From Actinomycetota bacterium (GTDB lineage: Bacteria; Actinomycetota; Thermoleophilia; Gaiellales; Gaiellaceae): 64,000 nt of DNA. This document shows positions 7,956 through 16,575 of this stretch, one piece after another. Position 1 is the first letter of the stretch. The number at the start of each line of letters is the position of its first letter. The position numbers and the translations under genes were made by a program. Below the pieces are notes generated by a model. The model did no database searches. It saw nothing but the letters and a program-made list of their open reading frames with translations, and was not told where the DNA came from. The stretch lies in assembly GCA_003152275.1 (NCBI GenBank), contig PLZU01000021.1, positions 5,125-69,124 on the forward strand, written 5' to 3'.

Positions 7956-9293
7956 TCAGGTGCTTTGCAGCGCACCCGCGGATTCGACGCGGCGGAGGAG
8001 CTCCTGCAGCCGCGCCTCGATCACCGCTCGTTCGGCCTCGGCGTCGGCGCCGAGATCCTCCAGGCGCCGCCGAATATCGGCTTCGAGCCCCTGGATCCGC
8101 TCGTCGAGCGCGCCGAGCCGCTCGTCGCGCCGGCGCTCGAGCGCGGTCGTCGCATCCGCCAGCCGCCGCTCCAGTCGCTGCGCACCCGCGTCGCCGACGT
8201 GCGCGAGCCGTTCGGCGAGCACTGCCTCCGCTTCGCGCGCGAACACCTCGACTGCGCGGTCGAGCTCGCGTGACAAACGCCGCGCCGCATCTTCTCGGCT
8301 CGTCTTCACGAGAGCCGCGAACTGTTGCGCTGCGTCGTCGGAGTACGTCGCGGTCGCGCGCTCGACGATGCGCTCGAGCTGCTCGATCTGTCTGCGCTGC
8401 ACGTCCTCGAAGCCCGCGTGGATTCGCTGCGCCGCCTCGGCCTCTTCGCGCTGAATCCGCTCCATGAGCTCGCGCTCGCGTCGGCGCATGCGCTCGTCGA
8501 GCTCGTGGAGCGCGCGGCGCCGGTCAGCCGCGTGCGACTCCACCTCTGTATGCGCCGTGGCGAGGACATCTTCGAGCGCCTTGTCGAGCTCGGCACGCAG
8601 GCGCTGGATCGCGGAGCGCAGCTCCTCGCTCTCGGCGGCGAGCCGGTCACCGTCGGCGGCGAGTCGCAGCTCGGCGTCGGAGACGAGTTGCTTCTGACGC
8701 TGACTGAGGTCTGCGATGTGGAGTTTCGTCGTCTCAGCGGCGCGGTCGAGGTCCTGCGCCCAGCCGGCGAGCCGCTGCTCGACCTGCGTTTGCGTGTTGG
8801 TTAGCGCGTCGGTGAGCGAGGCGGCGGCGGCGCGCTCGCGCTCCGCGAACTCGCGGCGGTGATCGTCGGCGAGCTTGCGCTCCTCCTCGACGAGCAGGGA
8901 CACCGAGTCGGCGCGCGCGCGGGCGAGTGTGCGCTCGAGCTCGGCGGCGCGATCCTCGGCCTCGCGGTCGACGAGGGCGTGCAGACGAGCCTGCGCCTCT
9001 GCCAGATGCGCATCGATCTGCTCCGATCGAGCGAGCGCGCGGCGAACCACGATTGCGGCCGACGCCGCCAGCAGGCAGCCGGTGAGACCGCCCGCTGCGA
9101 CGGCGAGCTCGCGCGGATGGGAGTGCCGCAGCGCGAAAAAGAGCCACGCGCCGATCGCAGCGCCGAACTCGAGCGACGTCAGCGCGACGAGCGCGAGCCG
9201 GGGCAGAAAGCGCATTGCGGCGCCGACGAGAGCGAGCGCGGCGACGCCGATTCCGACGGCGAAGACGATGTCGAAGGCGTTCGTCAGCAGCAT
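7956..9293 (-). CDS. membrane-anchored long coiled-coil protein (445 aa)
   Basis: C-terminal part of the 1046-aa track ORF. ATG 9293 has TACGAT 6 nt upstream. Hydrophobic N-terminal helices are followed by about 340 aa of E/R/A/L-rich helical sequence. Confidence 0.65.
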   Translation of the reverse strand: MLLTNAFDIVFAVGIGVAALALVGAAMRFLPRLALVALTSLEFGAAIGAWLFFALRHSHPRELAVAAGGLTGCLLAASAAIVVRRALARSEQIDAHLAEAQARLHALVDREAEDRAAELERTLARARADSVSLLVEEERKLADDHRREFAERERAAAASLTDALTNTQTQVEQRLAGWAQDLDRAAETTKLHIADLSQRQKQLVSDAELRLAADGDRLAAESEELRSAIQRLRAELDKALEDVLATAHTEVESHAADRRRALHELDERMRRRERELMERIQREEAEAAQRIHAGFEDVQRRQIEQLERIVERATATYSDDAAQQFAALVKTSREDAARRLSRELDRAVEVFAREAEAVLAERLAHVGDAGAQRLERRLADATTALERRRDERLGALDERIQGLEADIRRRLEDLGADAEAERAVIEARLQELLRRVESAGALQST

Positions 9294-9299
9294 GGCCCC

Positions 9300-9305
9300 A
9301 TCGTA
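9300..9305 (-). promoter_or_regulatory. -10-like TACGAT, 6 nt upstream of coiled-coil gene ATG
   Basis: Plus strand atcgta. Confidence 0.4.
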
Positions 9306-9310
9306 GGGAT

Positions 9311-9988
9311 TTAGCCGGACCGGGCCAGCAGGAGCGCCCCCGCCAGCAGGGGCAGCGCCGCGGCGAGCAGCTGGAGCGCCACTTCGGCCGGCCGGGCGGA
9401 CGCTGTGTCCCCGGTTTGCCGGCGTGCGAAGCGCACCTGAGTTGAGAGCGTCCGCTGCGCAAGGCTCGCGAGCACTGCGAACGCCGCGGCCGCCACCGCC
9501 TCGCCGCGCAACCGCTCGGCAGACGCGAAGTACGCGGTGAGGACCGGGAACGCGCCCCAGGCGAGTGCGAACCAGATGTCGGAGTGGAACGCGCCGCCGA
9601 AGAGCTCGAGGTTGTACGCCACGACAATAAACGCGCCCACGGCGACGAAAACGAGCAGCCACCAGGTGGAGCGCGACGCAACGACAATGCCGATCGCGCA
9701 CGCCGCACCGATCGAGATGACCGCGAGCGCGACGAGCAAGGGGCCGGGAATCCGCGTCTGCAGCGGACGGCCGCTCAGCTCGTCGAGCGCGTGCGCGCCG
9801 ACCCCGAGCGCGAGGAAAAACGCGAGCACTGTCCAGCCGAGCACGCCCCATTTCATGTCTGGCGCGAGCGCCGCCCCGATCGCAACGTACGACAGATGCC
9901 AGAGCGTGTACGGCGGGTGCAGCAGCGTTGCGTAGTCGCGCCAGCCGCCGGGCCGCAGCGCGTAGAACGCGGGGCGCGCCTCGCTCAC
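9311..9988 (-). CDS. integral membrane protein, function unknown
   Basis: GTG 9988 overlaps the methyltransferase stop (GTGA). Multiple hydrophobic helices and a GAHALDELSGRP loop. Confidence 0.6.
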   Translation of the reverse strand: MSEARPAFYALRPGGWRDYATLLHPPYTLWHLSYVAIGAALAPDMKWGVLGWTVLAFFLALGVGAHALDELSGRPLQTRIPGPLLVALAVISIGAACAIGIVVASRSTWWLLVFVAVGAFIVVAYNLELFGGAFHSDIWFALAWGAFPVLTAYFASAERLRGEAVAAAAFAVLASLAQRTLSTQVRFARRQTGDTASARPAEVALQLLAAALPLLAGALLLARSG

Positions 9989-10713
9989 GTCCGCGTGCCC
10001 CAGACGACGATCCCGCCGCCGAGGGAGAGGCGCCGCGCGTGCACGTCGCGTAGCCCTGCTTCGCGCCAGAGCTCGAGCACACGGTCGACCGGATACTGCT
10101 CGTAGAACCCGCGGATGCTCGGCCCGAGGAAGCTGCCGACTTCGCGCCACGCAGGCGAGACGAGCGCGCCGGCGCCGGGCAGTCCCACGCGGACGTACAG
10201 CTCCCAGAGTGGCCGCCAGACACCGCGCGGAACAGCGAACTCGAGCATCGCGACCGTGCCGCCCGGCCGCACGACGCGGGCAAGCTCTCGCATGGTGGCG
10301 GCGGGGTCGTCGACGTAGCGCAAGAGATAGGTGAACGTGAGCGCGTCGAACTCGGCATCGCCGAAGGGCAGTGACTCGGCCCGTCCCTCGCGGAGGTCGA
10401 TCCGCCCGCCGAGCCCGGCCTCGATGACGCGCGCCCGCCCGGCGGCGAGCATCTCCGCACTCTGGTCGACGCCGACGACCTCGCGCGAGGGCGCCCTCCG
10501 CGCGAGCTCGATCGAAACCGCCGCGGTGCCGGAGGCGACATCGAGCACTCGCGTCGCGCCGGCCGGGACGCGCGAGACGAGGAAGGAGCGCCAGCGCGGG
10601 TCTTGCCCAAAGGAGAGCAGTCGCGCGTAGCGGTCGTACGTCGGCCCGAGCGGCGCGAACAACTCGCGCGCGTGGCGCGTCCTCGCAGAGACCTCGGCCA
10701 CGCGCCCGAGCAT
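9985..10713 (-). CDS. class I SAM-dependent methyltransferase, UbiE/MenG-like
   Basis: VLDVASGTAAVSIEL (motif I), FDALTFTYLLRYVDD and VRPGGTVAMLEF. Start trimmed to ATG 10713. Confidence 0.8.
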   Translation of the reverse strand: MLGRVAEVSARTRHARELFAPLGPTYDRYARLLSFGQDPRWRSFLVSRVPAGATRVLDVASGTAAVSIELARRAPSREVVGVDQSAEMLAAGRARVIEAGLGGRIDLREGRAESLPFGDAEFDALTFTYLLRYVDDPAATMRELARVVRPGGTVAMLEFAVPRGVWRPLWELYVRVGLPGAGALVSPAWREVGSFLGPSIRGFYEQYPVDRVLELWREAGLRDVHARRLSLGGGIVVWGTRT

Positions 10714-10718
10714 ACGCT
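10713..10718 (+). promoter_or_regulatory. -10-like TACGCT, 6 nt upstream of GTG 10725
   Basis: Abuts/overlaps the start codon of the divergent methyltransferase gene. Confidence 0.4.
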
Positions 10719-10724
10719 TGGGCG

Positions 10725-11279
10725 GTGGCCCTCGACGACGACCTCGAGCAGATCGCGGAAGCAGCCGCCGCGTTCGCGGCGCCGGGCGAGCGCGTGACAG
10801 GAATCCTCGCGGCGGAACCGCTCCGCTACGGACGCGTCTTCCTCTGCGCCTACGAGTCGGGCGACGAACGGCCCGCCTGGCTCGCGCTCGACGCCGGGGG
10901 CGCACCCGTCGAGAGCCTCGCAGCGGTGCGCGAAGCCGCGAAGCTCGCGGCGCTCTGCGAGGTCGCCGAAGAGAGCGCCGGCGGCGGCGACCTGCCGCAG
11001 CTGCGGGAGCGGCTGCGCGAGATCCGCGAGACCGAGGCGCCGGAGGGGATCGAAGCGGCCGAGACGCGCGCCGCCGAGCTCGCCGAGACCCTGCAAGCAG
11101 AGCCCCGGCTCGCGACGACCGACTATCTCGACCGCCTCGGCGCCGCAGCGCGGCGGCTCGAGCAGGCGCTCGGCGACGATGCGGGCTCCCCGTTCGCTGC
11201 CGCGATGCAGCAGGCCCTGCCCGCCGTGGACGCCCTCGCGGCAGAGGTCGAGCGGCGCTACAAGGGACCGCTAGCCTAG
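10725..11279 (+). CDS. hypothetical protein (184 aa, acidic, helical)
   Basis: GTG start with TACGCT 6 nt upstream. No motif recognised. Confidence 0.55.
   Translation: MALDDDLEQIAEAAAAFAAPGERVTGILAAEPLRYGRVFLCAYESGDERPAWLALDAGGAPVESLAAVREAAKLAALCEVAEESAGGGDLPQLRERLREIRETEAPEGIEAAETRAAELAETLQAEPRLATTDYLDRLGAAARRLEQALGDDAGSPFAAAMQQALPAVDALAAEVERRYKGPLA
11272..11277 (+). promoter_or_regulatory. -10-like TAGCCT, 6 nt upstream of ATG 11284
   Basis: TANNNT overlapping the upstream stop codon. Could be coincidental. Confidence 0.3.
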
Positions 11280-11283
11280 GTGC

Positions 11284-11601
11284 ATGGAAGGCGGCGGTGG
11301 CAGTGGTGGTGGCGGTGGTTTCGGGTTCCCGTTCGGGGGCGATCCCGAGGACCTCATGCGCGGCCTGCGCGAGTTCGCTGAGCAGCAGGCCGAGAGCGTG
11401 CAGGAAGCGCAGCGCGAGCAGTTCGCGACGCTCACGCTGAACACGGCGGTCGAGCTGACCTCCGCGGCGCTCCAGCAGATCCAGCCGACAGGCGGCGTCG
11501 ACGAGCAGGCGGTCGCCCTGCGGGACGCGATGCGCGTCCTCTTCCCTGAAGCGGTTGCACTCGTCAGTGCAGCGCGTCAGGGCTTCATGCGCGAGTCATA
11601 G
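11284..11601 (+). CDS. hypothetical protein with Gly-rich N-terminus (105 aa)
   Basis: Codon-by-codon check shows high third-position GC. MEGGGGSGGGGGFGFPFGG is followed by a helical region. Confidence 0.5.
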   Translation: MEGGGGSGGGGGFGFPFGGDPEDLMRGLREFAEQQAESVQEAQREQFATLTLNTAVELTSAALQQIQPTGGVDEQAVALRDAMRVLFPEAVALVSAARQGFMRES

Positions 11602-11614
11602 AATCGCGCAGCCC

Positions 11615-12520
11615 GTGACGCTGCTCGACAAGGCCCTCGTCCGCATGCTCCCGGTCGTCCCCAAGCCGGTCGTGCAGCTCTTCTCCTCGCGCTACATCGC
11701 AGGAACGACGCTGGACGAAGCGGTCGAGGTCGTGCGGGCGCTGAACCGTGACGGGAAGCTGGCGACGGTCGACGTGCTCGGCGAGGAGATCACGCGCGAG
11801 AGTGAGGCCCGCGCGATCGCGCAGGCTTACCGCGACGTCTTCACGGCGATCGAGCGCGAGCACCTCGATTCGAACGTGAGCGTCAAGCTGACCGCGCTCG
11901 GGCTCAACCTTTCGTACGACCTCTGCCGCGACGACCTCGAGTCCGTGCTGCGCGAGGCCGCACGGCTCGGCAACTTCGTGCGTATCGACATGGAGGATTC
12001 GTCGACGACATCGGAGGCGCTGCGCATGTACCGCGAATTGCGCGAGGGCGGTTTCGACAATGTCGGGGTCGTGCTGCAGTCGTACCTTCGCCGCACACTC
12101 GACGATATCCACGCGCTCGCAGACCTGAAGCCGAACGTCCGTCTCTGCAAGGGCATCTACGTCGAGCCGGCCGCGATCGCGTTCACTGACGACGACGCCG
12201 TGCGCGCGAACTACGTGCGCTCCCTCGACGCGCTGCTCGAGGCGGGCGCATACGTCGGCATCGCGACGCACGATGAGTGGCTGATCGGAGAAGCCTTGAA
12301 GCGCGTCGACGGCATGAGCCCGAGCGACTACGAGTTCCAGATGCTGCTCGGCGTGCGCGAGCGGCGCGCCGCCGAGCTCGTCGCCACCGGCCACCGCTTG
12401 CGCGTGTACGTGCCGTTCGGCGAGCAGTGGTACCAGTACTCGCTGCGCCGCCTGCAGGAGAACCCCGCTATGGCGGGGACGATCGCGAAAGCGACCGTCG
12501 GGCGCGTCTTCGGCCGCTAA
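11615..12520 (+). CDS. proline dehydrogenase (monofunctional)
   Basis: SSRYIAGTTLDEAV, ATVDVLGEEI, VSVKLTALGL, VRIDMEDS, LQSYLRR, RLCKGIY and YVPFGEQWYQYSLRRLQENP are PRODH TIM-barrel motifs. Start set to GTG 11615. Confidence 0.85.
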   Translation: MTLLDKALVRMLPVVPKPVVQLFSSRYIAGTTLDEAVEVVRALNRDGKLATVDVLGEEITRESEARAIAQAYRDVFTAIEREHLDSNVSVKLTALGLNLSYDLCRDDLESVLREAARLGNFVRIDMEDSSTTSEALRMYRELREGGFDNVGVVLQSYLRRTLDDIHALADLKPNVRLCKGIYVEPAAIAFTDDDAVRANYVRSLDALLEAGAYVGIATHDEWLIGEALKRVDGMSPSDYEFQMLLGVRERRAAELVATGHRLRVYVPFGEQWYQYSLRRLQENPAMAGTIAKATVGRVFGR

Positions 12521-13122
12521 CCGCGGCGCGCGTACAGCAGGAACGTGCCCGGCAGCCGCCGGTCGCCCGGGTACTCCTCGAGCGCCTCGACGTGGAAGCC
12601 GGCTCGCGCGAGCGCGGTCACGATCTTGCCGAGGCGCCAGAAGCCTTCCTCGAAGTAGTCGTACTGCCAGCGCTGAAATGCGTCCACGCAGAGCGCGACC
12701 GGATGGTCGTCGTAGACGAGCAGCTCGCCGTGATCGTGGACAGCGTCGACGATGCCGTGCGCCCAGGCGTCGAGATCGGTCACGCGCCCGAGCACGCCTT
12801 CCGGTGAGTAGACGAGATCGAACCGCCCGCGCCGCAGCTCGCCCGGCAGCGCCTGCACCTCCGCCTGAACCCAGAGGATCTTCGGCCAGCGCTCGCGCGC
12901 CGCATCGAGCATCGGCTCCGATGGATCGACTGCGGTGACGACCGCGCCCTGCTCGGCGAGCTCCGCACTTGCCTCGCCCGTCCCGCATTGCAGATGCAGG
13001 ACGCGCTTGGACGAGAGGTCGCCGAGCGTCGCCTTCACGATCTGCGGCAGCCCGGGCCGTGCGCCCCGTCTGCGCGTGTGCGCGTCGTTGAACGCGCGGC
13101 GATTGTGATCGGTCGGTTCCAT
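12517..13122 (-). CDS. class I SAM-dependent methyltransferase
   Basis: VLHLQCGTGEASAELAEQGAVVTAVDPSEPML. Start set to ATG 13122, which shares one nucleotide with the upstream SDR stop. Confidence 0.75.
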   Translation of the reverse strand: MEPTDHNRRAFNDAHTRRRGARPGLPQIVKATLGDLSSKRVLHLQCGTGEASAELAEQGAVVTAVDPSEPMLDAARERWPKILWVQAEVQALPGELRRGRFDLVYSPEGVLGRVTDLDAWAHGIVDAVHDHGELLVYDDHPVALCVDAFQRWQYDYFEEGFWRLGKIVTALARAGFHVEALEEYPGDRRLPGTFLLYARRG

Positions 13123-13853
13123 CAGGCCGGAAGCGAAAAGCCGCCGTCGACAATGATTGTCTGCCCGCACACCATCGCGGCGTCGTCCGAACAGAGAAAG
13201 GAGACCGCTCCCGCGATGTCGCCCGCGCTGACGAGCCGGCCCGCGGGCGTGCGCTCGGCGGAGCGGAGCATCTCCTCTCTATTGGGGAAGTGTTCGAGGG
13301 CGCCGGTGTCGACGACTCCGCCGGAGACCGCATTGACCCGGATCGCGGGCGCCAGCTCGACCCCGAGATACCGCACGACCGCTTCGAGCGCGGCCTTTGA
13401 GGTGCCGACGAGCACGTAGTTCTCGAGCACCCGCTGCGAGCCGAGGCTCGAGATGGCGACGATCGACGAGCCGGCGGGCATCGACGGCGCCGTGGCGCGC
13501 GCGAGCGCAAGCAGCGCGCGGGCGTTCGCGTTCAGCGTCCAGTCCCAGTGGTGGTCGGTGGTGTCGAGCGCCGGCCGGATCACGCCGGTCGCCGCGTTGT
13601 GCACCACGACCCGGTAGGGCCCGTGCGACGCGAGCTCGGCGACCACCTGCTCTTTCGACACCTCGCCGCGCACGAGCACGGGCTCGGCGCCCGCGGCGCG
13701 AATCTGTGTGGCGGCCTCTTCGGCGGCGGCGTCGTTTCGCATGTAGCCGAGCACGGCACGCGACGCGCCGTCCCGGACGAGCCGAAGCGCGATTGCCAGG
13801 CCGATCCCCCGCGTGCCGCCGGTCACGAGAACCGACGATCCGTCGAGGCTCAT
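13122..13853 (-). CDS. SDR family oxidoreductase (FabG/FabL-like)
   Basis: VLVTGGTRGIGLAIA (TGxxxGIG), NAA, and a Y-x3-K element (VLVGTSKAALE). 243 aa. Confidence 0.85.
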   Translation of the reverse strand: MSLDGSSVLVTGGTRGIGLAIALRLVRDGASRAVLGYMRNDAAAEEAATQIRAAGAEPVLVRGEVSKEQVVAELASHGPYRVVVHNAATGVIRPALDTTDHHWDWTLNANARALLALARATAPSMPAGSSIVAISSLGSQRVLENYVLVGTSKAALEAVVRYLGVELAPAIRVNAVSGGVVDTGALEHFPNREEMLRSAERTPAGRLVSAGDIAGAVSFLCSDDAAMVCGQTIIVDGGFSLPA

Positions 13854-14128
13854 CGCCGGTGCGGGAGCGGCTCGTCCACCGGCGCCGTGCTGGGCAGCCC
13901 CGACCAGCCGGGCCGCGAACGCGGCTCGCGGCCGCCGTCGTGGGCCTTGGACGACGCGTAGCCGAGGCGGTCGAGCAGCTCCATCTTCTCTTCGGCGTAC
14001 CGGCGCACCGGATCGTCTTCCGGCAGGTCGAGCACGAGCTGGCGGATGCGCGCTCGCAGCTGGTACGCGAAGTGCGGGGTCGCGGGCCCGACGAGGGCGT
14101 CGATCTCGGCGAAGGTGGCCTCTGCCAT
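13850..14128 (-). CDS. hypothetical protein (92 aa)
   Basis: Start trimmed to ATG 14128 (TAGGGT 7 nt upstream). ATGA overlap with the SDR start. Confidence 0.5.
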   Translation of the reverse strand: MAEATFAEIDALVGPATPHFAYQLRARIRQLVLDLPEDDPVRRYAEEKMELLDRLGYASSKAHDGGREPRSRPGWSGLPSTAPVDEPLPHRR

Positions 14129-14135
14129 CGCCGCA

Positions 14136-14141
14136 ACCCTA
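14136..14141 (-). promoter_or_regulatory. -10-like TAGGGT, 7 nt upstream of ATG 14128
   Basis: Plus strand acccta. Confidence 0.4.
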
Positions 14142-14153
14142 ACCGACGCTAGC

Positions 14154-15107
14154 GTGCGAGTCGTGCGCAGAGCCTCCGCCGTGGACGCGATGTTGTTCGG
14201 GACGGTGCTCCTGTGGGCGCTCAACATCACCGTCACGAAGTACATGTTCGAGCACGGCTGGAAGCCGCTCGCCTACGGGACGATCCGCTACTTCGTCGCG
14301 ATCTCGCTCTTCTGGGCCTTCACCTATTACCGGGAGCGCTCGTTCCGGATCGCCCGGAGCGACGTCTGGCTTGTGCTCCTGGCCGCGCTGATGATCTTCC
14401 TGAACCAGCTCTGCTTCGTCTACGGGGTCAAGCTCGCCCACGCGTCGACCGTAGCGCTCCTCCTAGGGACAACCCCGATTTTCATCGGGCTCATCTCACT
14501 CGCCCTCGGCCTCGAGCAGCTGCCGCGCGCGTTCTGGATCGGCGCCGCGATCACGTTCGGCGGTGTCGCGCTGATCGCGGTCGCGAACGGCAGCGTCGGA
14601 TCGAGCCTGAAGGGGACGTTGATCTCGATCGCGACCGCGGGGACGTGGGCCTGCTACTCGGTCACGATCGCGCCGCTGATGCGCCGCTACTCGCCGTTTC
14701 GGATCAGCGCGCTCGTGCTCGCGATCGGCTGGGTGCCGCTCGCGCTCGTCAGCATCCCGCAGGTCAGCGCACAGCAGTTCTCGTTCGGCTGGAAGGTGTG
14801 GCTCGGACTCGGCTACGCGGTCGTCGGTCCGCTCTTTCTCACGAACATCCTGTGGTTCACCGCGATCCTCCGCGTTGGCGCGTCGCGCGCGTCGCTCTTC
14901 GCGAACATGCAGCCGTTCTTCGCAGTGTTCTTCGCGCTAATCCTGCTGTCGGAGTCGCTGCATACGCTCGAGATCGCCGGCGGCGTGCTGATCTTCGCGG
15001 GGATCGCGTTCGAGCGGATCACGCGAAGACCCCTAGCTGCGGATGCGGTGGCCGCTGGCGGCGATGCGACCGAGGCCGACATCCGCGAAGCGGTTGGGCG
15101 GGAGTGA
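14154..15107 (+). CDS. EamA/DMT family transporter
   Basis: 10-TM pattern with two EamA-type halves. Start uncertain (GTG 14154 or ATG 14190). Confidence 0.8.
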   Translation: MRVVRRASAVDAMLFGTVLLWALNITVTKYMFEHGWKPLAYGTIRYFVAISLFWAFTYYRERSFRIARSDVWLVLLAALMIFLNQLCFVYGVKLAHASTVALLLGTTPIFIGLISLALGLEQLPRAFWIGAAITFGGVALIAVANGSVGSSLKGTLISIATAGTWACYSVTIAPLMRRYSPFRISALVLAIGWVPLALVSIPQVSAQQFSFGWKVWLGLGYAVVGPLFLTNILWFTAILRVGASRASLFANMQPFFAVFFALILLSESLHTLEIAGGVLIFAGIAFERITRRPLAADAVAAGGDATEADIREAVGRE

Positions 15108-15413
15108 CGTCGCCACGACAAGCTTCATCCCGTTGATGCAGCGCCACGCCTGCTGCTCGTTCGAGGTCTGCCCCCAGTAGACCTTGTTGCCGGCGAGCTG
15201 GAAGCTCTTCACCATGCCTGCCCGGCAGTTCCCCTTGAAGGGCGCGACGACGAACACGATCTCCCGGCCGGCCTTGTTCGTGAAGAAGATCCGCAGTGCT
15301 CCCTGATGCGTCCAGCTTTCGTAGTGCCAGCCGATCGCGAGGCGGGCAGGCACGTAGGCGACAAGCGGCGCTTTCTGCGCGATCTGGTGCTGCACGGGAA
15401 CCGGGACGACCAT
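15033..15413 (-). CDS. hypothetical protein (126 aa)
   Basis: High third-position GC on codon check. TAGCCT lies 6 nt upstream of the ATG. The 3' end overlaps the EamA tail by 75 nt. Confidence 0.5.
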   Translation of the reverse strand: MVVPVPVQHQIAQKAPLVAYVPARLAIGWHYESWTHQGALRIFFTNKAGREIVFVVAPFKGNCRAGMVKSFQLAGNKVYWGQTSNEQQAWRCINGMKLVVATSLPPNRFADVGLGRIAASGHRIRS

Positions 15414-15419
15414 GGCCGG

Positions 15420-15425
15420 AGGCTA
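15420..15425 (-). promoter_or_regulatory. -10-like TAGCCT, 6 nt upstream of ATG 15413
   Basis: Plus strand aggcta. Confidence 0.4.
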
Positions 15426-15455
15426 GTCGCGGCCTGTTAGGGAATACTTCGGGCC

Positions 15456-16550
15456 ATGTCTGAAGATTTCATGCCGCTCCTCGGCTGGGACTACATCGAG
15501 CTCTGGGTCGGCAACGCAAAGCAGGCGGCGTACTTTTACGAGCACGCGTTCGGCTTCACGCGCACGGCGTACGCGGGCCCCGAGACGGGCGTGCGCGACC
15601 GTGCGTCCTACGTGCTCGAACAGGGCGACATCCGCTTCGTCGTCACGTCGCCGCTGCGCGAGGATTCCGAGATCGCGAAGCACCACGCGCGTCACGGTGA
15701 CGGCGTGAAGGAGATTGCGCTCACAGTGCCGGACGCCACCGAGGCGTATCGCCAGGCGGTGCAGCGTGGGGCGCGAGGCGTCGTCGAGCCTAAGCACGAC
15801 GAGGACGAGTTCGGATCGCTCGAGACCTCGGCGATCGCGACGTACGGCGACACGGTGCACACGTTCGTGAACCGCGGCGACTACACCGGACCCTTCAAGC
15901 CCGGCTACGTGTCGGTGTCGTCCAACGGTCAGGCGGCAGGCGTCGGGCTGATGAACATCGACCACGTCGTCGGCAACGTTGAGCTCGGGCGGATGAACCA
16001 CTGGGTCGAGTACTACGAGCGTGCATTCGGCATGACCGAGATGATCCACTTCTCCGACGAGGACATCTCGACCGAGTATTCGGCGCTCATGTCCAAGGTG
16101 ATGGCGGACGGCGAAGGCAAGATCAAGTTCCCGATCAACGAGCCGGCCGAAGGCAAGCGCAAGAGTCAGATCGAGGAGTACCTCGACTTCTACGGCGGCC
16201 CCGGCGCGCAGCACATCGCGATGGCGTCGACGAACATCGTCGCGACGGTGGAGCAGCTGAAGGAGCGTGGCATTCTCTTCCTCGAAACGCCCGACTCGTA
16301 TTACGAGGACGTGCCCGATCGCGTCGGCGAGATCGCGGAGTCCTACGAGGACCTGCGGAAGCATCGCATCCTCGCCGACCGCGACGATGACGGCTATCTG
16401 CTGCAGATCTTCACGAAGACCGCGCAGGACCGGCCGACGGTGTTCTTCGAGGTGATCGAGCGGCACGGCGCGCGCGGCTTCGGCGACGGCAACTTCAAGG
16501 CGCTGTTCGAGGCGATCGAGCGCGAACAGGCGCTCCGCGGCAACCTCTAG
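15456..16550 (+). CDS. hppD: 4-hydroxyphenylpyruvate dioxygenase
   Basis: 364 aa. GWDYIELWVGNAKQAAYFY, IDHVVGNV, INEP, GGPGAQHIA and QIFTK...FFEVIERHGARGFGDGNFKALFEAIE are HPPD hallmarks. Confidence 0.92.
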   Translation: MSEDFMPLLGWDYIELWVGNAKQAAYFYEHAFGFTRTAYAGPETGVRDRASYVLEQGDIRFVVTSPLREDSEIAKHHARHGDGVKEIALTVPDATEAYRQAVQRGARGVVEPKHDEDEFGSLETSAIATYGDTVHTFVNRGDYTGPFKPGYVSVSSNGQAAGVGLMNIDHVVGNVELGRMNHWVEYYERAFGMTEMIHFSDEDISTEYSALMSKVMADGEGKIKFPINEPAEGKRKSQIEEYLDFYGGPGAQHIAMASTNIVATVEQLKERGILFLETPDSYYEDVPDRVGEIAESYEDLRKHRILADRDDDGYLLQIFTKTAQDRPTVFFEVIERHGARGFGDGNFKALFEAIEREQALRGNL

Positions 16551-16563
16551 CCTGCCGTCTGAA

Positions 16564-16569
16564 TACGCT
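16564..16569 (+). promoter_or_regulatory. -10-like TACGCT, 6 nt upstream of CDF GTG 16576
   Basis: Suggests the CDF-FAH-FAD oxidase unit can be transcribed separately from hppD. Confidence 0.4.
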
Positions 16570-16575
16570 TCGCCG

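Noticed and set aside
9294-11096. Upstream 600 codons of the 1046-aa minus-strand track ORF (7956-11096)
   Set aside because: This part is Arg/Ala/Pro/Gly-rich with no protein-like pattern. It overlaps two well-supported genes in other frames (membrane protein 9311-9988 and methyltransferase 9985-10713). Only the portion from ATG 9293 looks like a real protein.
11284-11345. G-rich run as a potential G-quadruplex
   Set aside because: The G-tracts are mostly GG and are interrupted. The run simply encodes the Gly-rich N-terminus (GGC/GGT codons).
11585-13510. 641-aa minus-strand ORF
   Set aside because: It is antisense or out-of-frame to proline dehydrogenase and overlaps the methyltransferase and SDR frames. 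Composition is Arg/Ala-rich with no motifs.
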